Shown here one piece after another: positions 12,747 to 26,294 of a stretch of 64,000 nucleotides of DNA; position 1 is the first letter of the stretch, and each line of letters begins with the position of its first letter. A model generated the notes under the pieces. The model ran no database searches. It saw only the letters and a program-made list of their open reading frames with translations, and was not told the DNA's origin. This stretch comes from Eledone cirrhosa (lineage: Eukaryota): NCBI GenBank assembly GCA_964016885.1, contig OZ024740.1, positions 81,964,001-82,028,000 on the forward strand, read 5' to 3'. A program made the translations under genes and the position numbers.

Positions 12747-12925
12747 CTGAAATAACTCCTCTTGTTGTACAGCCAACCATGTCACTCTTCATTCTTTCAC
12801 TATATATATATAAAAGAAAACACTGACTATTGATGATGAGGAATCTTCCTACTTCTAGAGATATATTTTCAAGATTCCTCCTTGAAGTATAGCTATCATT
12901 GAAGTAGCTCGAATGTCAACCTAAA

Positions 12926-12995
<70 letters not shown>

Positions 12996-14391
12996 CATTC
13001 CAATTCATGCATATCGACGTGTCTTTGTCTGAGTATGTGTCTATGTGTCCTTTTACATTTTGTTTGGGATAACAACTGTAGCTTTTTCTCAAATGAATAA
13101 ATAAAGACAATGTAGAACGAAATATTTTTACTAGAAAAATCTACATTCATAAGTAGCCATTATGTTACGCTATTCGCTTTACAATTCCGGGTTAAAGTCA
13201 GGTAGTGAGTTTTCATTTTCAAGAGCTTAACAATTCGTAATGTTCACTTAGTAAATGTCGTTTATCTAATTCCACAATAGTTTCAATGCGTCGTTGAATC
13301 CCCCGATTCCTTCAATGTGACATATAACACATTATTGTATTTAACAGACAGGTTATTTGATAATATAACTGCGTTATGTATATTGATCAATTATTACCAC
13401 ATCTGCGCATTTTCCGACACATTCTACGTTCAATAATTATAATTCAATCCACGTGTGATTTCGTGTACGATCATGGAAATAATTATTTCTAGAATTATTA
13501 CGTTGGGTCAGAATGAATCGATTAAACGTACACAAGTCGTTAACTGCTAAATGCGCTATCAATTGTGAAGGGAAAACTAGATCTGTCGAAAACAAACGGA
13601 TTTTAATTCAGAATAGAAGGAGATGTGGTTGAATATTACAAAACCAATTGTTTAGCAACGATCATATTAGAAATTACACATCTTGAATTTACAATAATAA
13701 TTGTTTACACTAATAAACCTCATCGCATGAAAGATTTTTGATCCAACAAAGTAAAACTATTCTTGAGGAATATCAAAACACTTTCTTTAACAAATACGCA
13801 GATAATTCAAATAATACACACACACACACACATCTCATAAACATACACATACGCACACACACACACATACACATACGCAAACACACACATATACCTGCTT
13901 TAGGATATCTTATCATTAATTAGAAAACAAACAATCTGATGAGAAGCTAATTACGATTTTCACAAGTATTTCACATTTAGTTCTGATAGGGCTTTACTTT
14001 TTCCAGGATTAATAAAACAATGTACTAGTTACGTAATCGACTTGATGAATAGATTTTTAACTTACCACAAATTGCTGAAACTATTATTTCTGTTGAATGT
14101 TTTTGCATCTCGCTTATTGCTTTCCGCTTATATCTTATACTTCAATCAAATTTCCCTATGAATTGATTGTTTAAAATATTTATATATCTTTTAATCCAAT
14201 ATTATTGAGTATATCTATCTATATATTACTACCACTACAGGAATTGATAAGCAAAACCTTAGAGGTATGTCGCATATCCAATCTCTCATATATTTTATCT
14301 GATGAAAACGTACTGAAACACCATTGTACCTTTGAAATATTTATAATAAAATATATATTTTAGTTTGAGAATATTTTTCATTTATTAATAT

Positions 14392-14907
14392 TCTGTATAC
14401 ATATATGTATGTACGTGTACATAGTTATATTTAAGTAACAGCCGTACTAAGAGTGGGAAATGAAATTTCGTTTCATTTTTTACGTTTATCGTTTTCGGTG
14501 CACCCGGCCGATTAACCCACTCGATGTGCAAATTGAGCTACTCAACCGTTAATATGCATAAGGAAAGTATATACTTTCAGACGTTCAACAATCTGGCAGG
14601 AAGGTATACGTTGCTGACGATAGCTAATAAGCTTGAAACTAGTACAGCGTTCCTTTTTCAGTGTTGAACAAACGAGCAACGATGGTTGCTAGACACTACG
14701 GCTTAATACGGGATGTTTGTTTACAAACACACCGAGCATTATAATACATGTTCGGTGAATCCATACGTACATATATATATGTGTGTGCATGTATGTATAT
14801 ATACATATTACTGTACGTCTGTATACATATATGTATGTACGTGTACATACTTATATTTAAGTAACAGCCGTACTAAGAGTGAGAAATGAAATTTCGTTTA
14901 ATTTTTT
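14392..14907 (+). mobile_element. 426-bp unit with about 90-bp direct terminal repeats and a central HHR (retrozyme/pLTR-like)
   Basis: 14392-14481 repeated at 14818-14907; HHR at 14608-14650. Confidence 0.6.
14608..14650 (+). ncRNA. Minimal type I hammerhead ribozyme
   Basis: ACGTTG-CTGACGA-T-AGCT(AATA)AGCT-T-GAAA-CTAG-TA-CAGCGT; 6-bp stem I, palindromic stem III ACTAGT, GUA site. Confidence 0.8.
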
Positions 14908-14929
14908 CAATTTAATATTTTGAATAATA

Positions 14930-15873
<944 letters not shown>

Positions 15874-16269
15874 TATATTATTAAAAGTCAGTGATTGCTT
15901 GTCTGTAATGTAATACAACCAAAAGGGCAAATAATGGGAAAATACTTTCGAGGGAAGTTCCCCTGAAATGGGAATACGAATGAAAGAAAACAAGTTTCGC
16001 GTAAATCGGACCACGGGTTCCCGAGGTATAGATTTTTTCCGGGTACATTCTTAAACAGAGAGAGACAGGGAAATATAGAGAGGATGTGAGAGAGGAGATT
16101 GATAGAAAAATTATAGAAAGAGGGAAAGGAGACAGAGAATGAGAATGGAAGCGAGAGAGCGGTGTTGGTGCTGTTGTGTATATGCGTGTGTGTGTCTATG
16201 ATGATCAGTCCATATAGATCACAGACACCCATATATATATATGTGGTTGTGAGTGCCTGTCTATAACCA

Positions 16270-16270
<1 letters not shown>
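15874..16270 (+). mobile_element. Second Helitron-like copy, head-to-tail, 3'-truncated
   Basis: same 5' body as the 14930 copy, starting immediately after CTAG. Confidence 0.65.
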
Positions 16271-16329
<59 letters not shown>

Positions 16330-16335
<6 letters not shown>

Positions 16336-16650
16336 TTAAGTCGTTTGGAAGCCTCGACAATGCAAATGGATAAATCTACGGGTAACAAGGTCCGGTGGTG
16401 GAGAGAGAGATGTAAGTGGGTGTACGTTGAGATGCGTGGTGTGTATAAGATGTGTGGGATGTGTAGAATGAAGGGAAGAGTATAAAGATTAAAATTATAC
16501 TCTTCCCTTCATTCTACACATCTCACACATCTTATACACACCACGCATCTCAACGTACACCCACTTACATCTCTCTCTCCACCACCGGACCTTGTTACCC
16601 GGAGATTTACCCATTTGCATCGTCAAGGCTCCCAAACGACTTAAAGATAT
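16330..16650. repeat. Fold-back inverted repeat, about 155-bp arms, 9-nt spacer
   Basis: 16330-16485 is the reverse complement of 16495-16650 with few mismatches. Confidence 0.9.
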
Positions 16651-17012
16651 TTACTTATTGTTCCACAATGCTTCAAGCAAACTTCAATACTCTCTTATAT
16701 ATATATATATATGTGTGTGTGTGTTTGTGTGTAGAAGTTCTATTTAAATTGTTGGGATACAACAAGCAAATATTTTTATAACTGATATAAAGCACTCAAC
16801 GAATTATTTGAGTAAAAATATGATATATTAACAAATGGAAACTATATTTATAAAACCATATTTATTTCATTATACATATTTCAAGGACACCATATGTGAT
16901 GAAAACACACCATAATTTAACTTGGTGTCTTTGAAATATGTATAATGAAATAAATATGGTTTTATAAATATAGTTTCCTTGTGTTAATATATCGTATATA
17001 TATATATATATC

Positions 17013-17175
17013 GGTGTCTGTGATCTATATAGACTGGTCATAGACACACATATACACAACAGCATCACAACGCTCTCTCGCTTCCATTCTCATTCTCTAT
17101 CTCCTCTCCCTCTTTCTATATGTTTCTTTCAATCTCCTCTCCGACAATCTATCTATCTTTCTCTGTATCTATCTG
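17013..17175 (-). mobile_element. Internal fragment of the same Helitron-like family
   Basis: reverse-complement similarity to about 16070-16230 (GGTGTCTGTGATCTATA core). Confidence 0.6.
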
Positions 17176-17309
17176 TTTAAACATGTTTTAACACGTTTAT
17201 AGTATATAACCCATGTACGTGTGTGTGTATATATACTCACACACACGTACATGGGTTATTTACTCTTATTTACTATAAACGTGTTAAAACATGGCGTCGA
17301 TCCTTCCTC

Positions 17310-17410
17310 TGTGTTTTCAAATCCCGCCGATGTTAACTATGAATTTCTTCCTCAGAAGTTCGATAAAATAAAGCACCAGTAAAGCACTTGGATAGATTTA
17401 TTGAATTATA
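17310..17410 (+). mobile_element. Partial tRNA-derived SINE
   Basis: TTCAAATCCCGCCGA..TCGATAAAATAAAGCACCAG. Confidence 0.6.
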
Positions 17411-17573
17411 AATCATTTCCTAGTGTCTCACTTTTTGCTACGCTAGACTAACATAATTTGAACGGAATTTTCATAGCCGTCTTACATAAAAACAATTATC
17501 ACCCATTCTGTTCAATTCTAAAATAGATGATTTCTGAATAATCCGCGAGGGTGGGCCCACCTATACACAACGA

Positions 17574-17985
17574 TTCTTCTTTTTCTTCTTCTTCTTCTTC
17601 TTCTTCTTGGCCCGCTTCCACACCTTCCAGCGGGACATGTCAGAAGCAGCAGCCTCCACTTGATCCGGCTGGATTCCCAAGCGAAGCCATCTGAGCTGGG
17701 TTGCATCCAACCATCTGTCTTGGAACTATCCCTGGGTCTCCTTCCAGTTGGTGTGGTCCGTAAAATCTGCCCAGCGATTCTTTCCTCAGATATTCTAATC
17801 ACATGTCTGTAATATCGTAGCTATGATCTCTCAATTCGAAGAAGTAGCGGAGTGACTCCCTGATATCGGAGTTACGCACTCTATCGAAGAACGTTACTCC
17901 AAGGACCATTCGTAGGAACTTCATTTCAGCCGCTTGTATTCGCAATCGTAATATTTCGGTAATTGCCCAATATTCATGCCAATAG
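17574..17985 (-). mobile_element. RTE-clade LINE 3' fragment with (GAA)n tail
   Basis: AAEMKFLRMVLGVT..DRVRNSDIRE..HVIRISEERIAGQIL..GRRPR on the minus strand; (TTC)n at the left end. Confidence 0.8.
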
Positions 17986-17997
17986 GTATATATTATA

Positions 17998-18188
17998 TAA
18001 TTGTTTCTACTTGTGGCACAAGGCCAGCAATTATCCCAGTGTATTACTGGTTCTTTATTTTCTCGACCCTGTAAGGATGAAAGGCAAAGTTAAACTCTGA
18101 GGGATTTGAACTCAGACCTTAAAGTGCCGTAGCTCTTTGCTGCAAAGCATGGTGTCCGACTCTCTACTGATACTGCCAATCCACCGCC
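17998..18188 (-). mobile_element. tRNA-derived SINE
   Basis: reverse complement of the 23891 copy, including B box and CCTTTCATCC..GGGTCGA domain. Confidence 0.8.
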
Positions 18189-20644
18189 CTTATATTATAT
18201 AATCCACAGCCCTTATAGTATATAATACACACCAATATGATAAAGTATACTCGTATTCATGTGAAGAATATATTTTGAAATATTCTTCACATAATATTAT
18301 GTACCAATCACATTTCAAAGAATGTTTAAGTGTCTTAAACAACTGCACAATCTGACATCACAGTTAAATAGATTTAGACTTATCGAGTGAATTGCTGCCA
18401 TACGCGAATCTTTATAAAACCTTACTCCTTGATATTTGTATTAAAATAAATGCTGTTATGATTTGGGTTGAAGCATGTCTGGCATTAAATGATTGTTGTC
18501 AAATTAACTAATATTGATTTTCTTCTTTCCCTTCTTAGCACACAAATTATTATGAAAAATAATAATAATATGCTAAGCAGTACGTCAATTTTGCATTTTA
18601 CACTAAGCAATAGTGTAAATACTTCTCTTGATTAAGTGTGGTTGTGTAGATAATATACATGTATTTTGAAACATGAATTATCATTGAGAACGAGTTAAAA
18701 ATATTTACAATTTTGTTTCAATTTACACATGAAAATACATGCTTGGCATGTTTATATATATATATATTTATTAAATAACAGATTAAAAAAATTGGTGATT
18801 AGTTAAAAGCCTATAGAGAGAAGGTTAGTGTGCTCGATGCGTATAGATTGCCAGACAAGCAAACCAAGAGAGCGAAAGGAAGTATGTCAGACAAAATTAT
18901 TATAAGCAGAGAAATAAATCATATATAAAATGCTGGAGAGAACAACAAAAATGTATGAATACATACAGATTTTTTTTTAATGGCTGACAATTTGTTTCAA
19001 ACACTAAACCATTATTATGCACGTTGACAGTATGAATAGCGATCAAAAATTTACATCCGTACAGTGAAAATAGATGGGTGATTTAGTGCACTCATCAAAT
19101 CCAAAAGAAGGATTATAGGATAAAAAATCAGAAATCAAATCTTACCAGCGAAGTGAAGAACGTACAGTAATGGCGGTAGCTGGAAAGTAAAAAAAAACTT
19201 CGAGTTAGATGGTACATCATATTTTGATTAAAAAATGATTGTACAATTGATATTCAAAAGGAGATAAGTGTTCAAGGTAGATAAATATGTAGTAAGGTGT
19301 AGCAAAATTTAATTGCCACATTTGAGTACATGTGGGACTCGCCGAAAGTGAATGTGTTCAACGGAATCTCCAAGAATGTTCTTTGTGTGAAATCGGTTAT
19401 ACAACCTATATCCCTCTTAAATACTGGTTCGAATTTTGATAAATAAATTCTACATTGTTCAACACAAAGCCTATTTAATTTCGTTTGCTTAGGACCAGCA
19501 GTTACTCTGATATTCGCATCTCAAATGATATCTTGTTTGTAGACACCCTGTATATAATAGCCTGAATTATTATCATGACTGCTGAAAACATGATTTTTTT
19601 AAACGCAATATCTATTCTATCTTTTCATGCAATAATAATCTATCACATTTATGAATTTTATTTTCATAGTTATATTTTCTTATAATGAAGCATGTTCAAC
19701 GAAATTTAACTCTCCTCCCAGCATGAGTATTATTTTAGTTAATAACGTTATTTATCTCATCCTACTACGTCTGCCACTGCTGACTCTAGTACATTCATAA
19801 GATTCCTGTGAATATATGTTAGCAGAACTAGTTATATATCATCCATGCTTTCCGAAAAAAAAAGATTATATAACAAGACTTGAAATTTAAAATCTTTACA
19901 TGAAAGCAGTTTATAAAGTCGTTGTGGTTTCAATTAGGTAATTCAAAATTTAGAGAAAAAACTTGATGTTTCTTTATTTGAATATATCACCGAAATCTGA
20001 ATGTTAAGTAATCGTTTCCGTTGCAGAAATGAATATAAAGATGAATGTCATACAATATTCTCAAGAGGTTTTTTGAATATATATATTTTAGATATACGAG
20101 AAATTATGGAAATTTTTTTGAATACTAAGTCACGCATGAAATAATTTAAAAATATAAGTAAATGTTATTTAAAAGTACATTTCCCTTTTTCTCTGAACAA
20201 GATATAAAAATTCTGACATGATATGAAGTATTTATAATATACATGAACGTTAGTCTTTATGGTTGGTTTCATTCACAATGCGAAACCCAAGTAATCTTTA
20301 AATAACTTTCTGAAAATATTAAAATGAGGATTTTCACTTGATTGAGTATTTCAATAACTTGCTATATTGAATATATAAATAGATTCAATCGTAAATATCT
20401 TTAGGCGTTTAGGTAGCATTTATATCGGGTAATTATTTGCAGGAAAAATGCATCATGTCAAAGGGTATTTTATTGCAGCGTAGATGACTGACTAGGTTTT
20501 CGGTATTGTTGACCCAGAAATTCTTTTATTCGATGTTACTTTATTTTACACATACACACGCAGGCACTCACACACGCAAACGAACATAGATATACATGTC
20601 AGAATATGTATGTAAATTACATATATATATACACACACACACAC

Positions 20645-20699
<55 letters not shown>

Positions 20700-20712
20700 G
20701 TGTGTGTGTGTA

Positions 20713-20761
<49 letters not shown>

Positions 20762-21989
20762 GTTAGTATTAAATTCCTCCCATATTTATTTTTCAGAAAA
20801 TCTGAAACACGGAGGTAAAGGGGAGCAAAAATATCTAGATAGATTTGGGAATCAGTATACTTGAATGAAATAGGTATTTAACAGGTCTATAAATCTGATA
20901 TGGTTTACCGATATGGTGGAAATATATGTTAATGTGGGGAGAATGGAGTTATGATGTGAACAAATGAGATGAGATAGTTTAAGTTTGTCATTTGTTGCTT
21001 AGATTCGTCTAAATATTGAAATACATTGTCAAATCATACTCACTTGACCCTGCTTCATGCATTTGAATTTATAGTATCTTTCCTGCGTTTGCAGATGTGA
21101 TCTAAGTACAGTTTACAGATTGATGCACTAAAATGTAGCATCGCTACTAAGTAGTTACAGTATTAAATACACAAATCTTATTTTTATTAATTTAAAGTAT
21201 CATGTTGAACTGGTATATTCTAACTGAGGAAGGCTATATTAAAGTGTATAGGAACACACTAGTTCACGGGACATAATACAATATTAATCTGGCAGACAAA
21301 AGCATGTTTATTAGAGTAGTGTGTAGATAATTGAATCGAAATGTGTGTCCTGGATGCAAATATATTATCGATTGAACGTAACTGAAATACAAATCGATAT
21401 CTATAAGAATGAGGAGGCAGAAATGGTGACCTCAAACTAGATATTGTAACCTTGATATTTGCAGTAAATTTAACGTTAAAACTCATGTTAATATTTGTAG
21501 TATATATTTTCAAATAATCCTATATATTTTTTTCGTTATGTTTCAAGAGTGGAAGAAAAAATAAAACGATGATCGTTATCATTAAGGGGTAATGATGATG
21601 ACAATAATTTCATGCCTCACATTATTTTTCATGTATACATATGATTTTGAGAAAATGTTATTTCCCCGCATTTAAATCGAAACGAAATTGAAGCATTAAA
21701 GGCTACTTATGATATCTATACTGGTATTTGGGGAATTAACGTGTTGTACATTATCGAATATCTATGCACGTCACACTATTTAATGAGAGTATAAATATAT
21801 GCTTTAATCTAATTATCTGAATATATTACACAACGTTAATTACGTCACTATTTTCAGCTATTATTTGAGAGGAAAATGTGTTTTGATTACATCCATACAC
21901 ATACGTGTACGGTTTCGCATGTAATATTTAAAATCATTCAAAAATGCACACACACATACACATACACACGTACCTATGTCTGACTGGGT

Positions 21990-22200
21990 ACATAATATTG
22001 CTGTATTTTCTATTCGTCCTCTCCTCTATCCTTCCATCTTTGCTTTTATTTCTCATTCTATCTTCTCGTGAAGGACTAACATCCGAAACGTTAAGACTCT
22101 TTGCTTATTATATCAAAAGTTAAACTAATATAAATATTCGTTGTACCGTATCGTTTTTCTGTGTTGTTTTCCATTTACCTTTCGCATATACACAAACTAT
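21990..22200 (+). mobile_element. PLE pLTR fragment with degenerate HHR (22061-22096)
   Basis: TCTT-CTCGTGA-A-GGAC(TAAC)ATCC-GAAA-CG-TT-AAGA; downstream sequence similar to 50795-50930 (-). Confidence 0.55.
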
Positions 22201-23088
22201 ATATATATATATATAATATATATATATATATATTTAAAAGGCACATACATATTTGTACACAAGTATTCCAATATGGCAAGGCCAAATAGATTCCCCTTGC
22301 ATTACGTACAATCTGGACACTCACACACACCTTGGTAATATGCCAATACTATATATCATTTCACACCTTTTATTATTAAGGCTTTTGATGTTCTATTGAG
22401 AGAATCGTTTTTACTGAAAATATCGAATAATGTACACCATTTTACCAGTATCACACAAATACTGGTCCACCCACACACATATATACACACACACATACAC
22501 ACGCGTACATTAACCTACAAAGAGACATATATATATACACACACACACACACACACCCACACACACACACACACACACATACACACACACACACACACTT
22601 CTCCGTATAAGACAAGAGCTGAAAAATATATTTTAACATGTTCAAATATCCACCACACACTTACAGACACATTATTACTGACCATCCCTCTACCACGAAT
22701 TACTCTGCTACACACACACACACACACACACACTTGTCTTAATAGGCATTTGAACTGTCAACAGGCTCCGGTTCGCACACACATCCCTGCTGACCATTAT
22801 CACAACAACGAACCTCTTTACTACTACTACTACAAACACACACACACACACGCACACACATATTTGTTTTGAAAGACTTATTTTTCAGTGACTTCTTAAT
22901 CAGCCGACACAAACCTACATTTGGCGCCATAGCAATATAGTAACATTCACGTGACCTCTACCGACCAATCAAAATTGTTTTGACCACAAGAATTTTTGCA
23001 ACACGAATTGGCGCGAAACTTATTGTAATACATCTGGAGCCACTTTTTTCACATAAAACAGGTAGAATTTCCAAAACTAATCAGATTA

Positions 23089-23275
23089 GAGCAAACATCA
23101 CGGGCGCTCTATCTCAAAATTATTTTTGAAAAGCGTTAGAAGTGCTCAACCAGTAAAACTTAAAACCAAATCTAAACTTAAAACCAAAACTGAATACTAA
23201 CCAATACTATTCCTAATTAAACTATTTTTCACTGTGAACAATTTGTCAGCATTTTCTTTTCCGTTTACCAATATA
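23089..23275 (+). repeat. Dispersed repeat, same family as 31021-31204 and the palindrome arms at 32413-32808
   Basis: AGAGCAAACATCACGGGCGCTCTATCTCAAAA...GTTTACCAATATA shared by the three loci. Confidence 0.8.
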
Positions 23276-23749
23276 TATATATTCATTAGTTAAGCAAAAC
23301 AAAACCACAAATTTAAGAATATTTGACCCAACATAGTCATCTAATCCCACTTTTATTTATAGCTAACATGTTAAATAGTTAACCCCGACTTAGATAATTA
23401 TAAGTTACCTCCCTTATATTATCTCTCACTTAAACTCATTAGCACTTCTAGGCTATAAACCACCTACAATTTCTATTTCTCGAGGAGTTACTTCCCTTGA
23501 AACCAGCCTCTAATTATTAAGGTAAATATGTACTTAGGCGGCCATCTTGTTACGCATAGGCAGATCTCGCATAATGCAGCTTCGACAGAAGAATGTTGCT
23601 CGCCTATACCAGACAATAGATAGACCCAGGACACCATAGTGAAATACCAATATATGGAATATTACATTCATGTAACCACCTTTATTTACCTTACTTTATA
23701 TTCCTTATTCCATCGTACCTTTTTCAATATTTTCATTATCTCTTTTGAA

Positions 23750-23868
23750 GTTCCGATGAACTGCTCCATTTTTACCTAAGTTAATTATCTTCATCTGAAC
23801 CTGATCAATAATGATATATAATCATTTGATCCAGAAACATTATATGGAGTAGCGAAACAATTGTAAAT
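23750..23868 (+). ncRNA. HHR-like motif with long stem II insert (core CCGATGA variant)
   Basis: GTT-CCGATGA-A-CTGCTCCAT..about 74 nt..ATGGAGTAG-C-GAAA-CAATTG-TA-AAT. Confidence 0.6.
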
Positions 23869-23890
23869 GGACATTATTATTATTATTATT

Positions 23891-24080
23891 GTGGATTGGC
23901 AGTATCGGTAGAGGGTCGGACGCCATGCTTTCCAGCATAATTACGTCCCTTTACGATCTGAGTTCAAATCCCGCCGAGGTTGACTTTGCCATTCATCCTT
24001 TCGGGGTCGATAAAATAAAGTACCAGTAATGCACAGGGTAATTGCTGGCCTTGTGCCTAAAGTAGAAACAATTATTATTA
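23891..24080 (+). mobile_element. tRNA-derived SINE (Meta/MESC-like central domain) between (ATT)n tracts
   Basis: TGGCAGTATCGG A box, GAGTTCAAATCC B box, TTCATCCTTTCGGGGTCGATAAAATAAAGTACCAG. Confidence 0.85.
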
Positions 24081-25794
24081 TTCCTTACATTCCTTACATT
24101 AAACTACAACTATGTTGACAATCTTTAAATAGCGCCTTCCTTATGACATTTAGGGTCTTCTTTTGCTTAACTAATGAATATTTCGAGCTCTGTGCACCTA
24201 ACCTCTGCATGAACCCAACCATCTAGCTGCCTTCCACTGCATAATGAGCAAATGCCTTTACGCTTTTGGCTTCTATCTAATTCACCAATCTCTCTTCTTC
24301 TCTCATATCTCCATCTCTCTCTTTAAGATTGGTTTACTCTTGAACTGTGTATATATATATATACATCAGTGTGTGCGGGCGCGTGCTACTACTCCGAATA
24401 GCTACTTCAAAATATTCTGTATGCTTAAATAAATATTAATTATATACTGTAACCCTGGAAGATACGATTATGGTCAGTTGTATTTGTAGTAGTCAGTCAA
24501 GATATGTGGCCATGGTAAATACGATCCTGTAAAAAAGAAATCTCTCCGCCGATCATGTTGAATTTACTTCGAAATTATTTCAGTATTCATCTTGGGCTTG
24601 TACCATTTATAAAATATAGAGATCAAAATTATAGTTTAAAGTGTCATTCTACTAATTCTGATTTACTTTTTACAATTTATTGACGTGTATTACTCTCTCG
24701 TTCACTTTCTTTATCTCCCACATTCTCCTAAGCTATCCCTCTTTACTTCCGTTGCACAAATAATTATTTTTATCATGATAGAGAAGCATTTCTTACTATA
24801 TTTACTACATATGTTTTTTAAGTGAATTTCTCTTCGCGTAATTTCTCTTGGGTGGTTAAACAACACTTGTGAATGAAATTTTAAATGTTTTCCTGGATGT
24901 CAACGGTTTTAGTTAAAACTTGTAAATACGTACTTATAATGTCAATATTAATACGTGTATTGGTATAGAAGCTCTTGCTGTTTGACTGATTTCACAGCCA
25001 CGTATTTCATGAGGATATAAATATATGAATAGTCAAATAATCTCGAAACAAAACCAATGATTGCTCTCATATTTGTGTTATAGATTTGGTAAAAATATAT
25101 ATGTGTGGTTATCTCATTAGACCGATGCTTAAGCGACAGAGAGTACAAAACTGCCTTCTGCCCAAGACACCAGTTCATCACAAGATTAAATACCCAACTA
25201 TATAAGGTACGAACTTTCAGCTGAGTTGACTGGATCAACAGATCGAGAAGATATGCAAATACTGACAATCCTAACGAATTCAACCTTTTCAGTTGTACAT
25301 AGTATATGTGTATACTGTCAGATATACAATATTAGTACATGCCTATCAATTGCGATTTTTTCGGGTATTAAAGTAGCCCACATGATCTTGTCTATATTGA
25401 TATCCTAGGTCTCGGTTGATAGTAGTAATCACATTTCAGTTAAGGGATTTACGTTACGTGTGTATGAAAATACACACTAGAAATGTTAAAAAGGCATGAT
25501 ACATATTTATATGTGATGAACTAGTAAATATCACTGGGTGAGGCGATAATACAGTAAACCATATTGAGGGAGAGGCGCCCTTTCTACAATTTCTAGGATC
25601 AGGTGCATTTTAGCCAATTGTTTCAAATGGATATTATTGATGTCAATGTTAATACTATAATATACTATAATTATGGCCATTTGCTTTAGAGCGGACACAT
25701 TTAAGATTCCAAATGCTTCTACTGCTAATCGCTTAGTTTACGCGCACACACGCACACACATACATACATATATCTAGTGTCCATCGTATCAATG

Positions 25795-25828
<34 letters not shown>

Positions 25829-25831
<3 letters not shown>

Positions 25832-26255
25832 GGAAAAATATGAACAGGGACAAAACAGAGAGGCAGTACAATAAATGTTTATTAATTTCACGCTCAGGAG
25901 AGTGGGGGGTAGGTGAGGGACGACGTTTCGGGCATAAGCCCTTCCTCAGGTGAGAAGTGTGTGGGAACAGAGTTCAAAAGGTGTGTAGGGGAGTGGTGGA
26001 GAGACATATAGTGAAAGGGAACGGTGCGAATGAAAAATTAACAAATAAAGATAAAAAATAAAAATAAAGCATGATCAAAATACAAGGAATGTGAAAATTT
26101 AAAAATAAAGGCATGATCAAAATAAACTGAAATTAAAAGGGGGGGTAAACAGGTGGTGGAAGGGTGTGGGGTGAGTAGGGGTGGTGGCGGTTGGAGTGGA
26201 GAGAGGGAGACGGGGTGTCCGAGCGGGGAGGACTGAAGGTGGTGTGTGTGTGTAG

Positions 26256-26294
<39 letters not shown>

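Larger units (their letters stand above)
11340..12802. mobile_element. PLE-derived element with about 470-bp inverted pLTR arms, each carrying an HHR motif
   Basis: 11340-11815 is the reverse complement of 12305-12802 with moderate divergence; (TA)n nearby on both sides. Confidence 0.75.

Noticed and set aside
12830-12920. Hairpins GAGGAATCTT/AAGATTCCTC and AGCTA/TAGCT resembling a decayed HHR
   Set aside because: Catalytic boxes not intact; cannot be supported
13936-14320. CTGATGA boxes near 13936 and 14299 (also near 34074 and 40822)
   Set aside because: No convincing stem II/GAAA/stem I arrangement, so not counted as hammerheads
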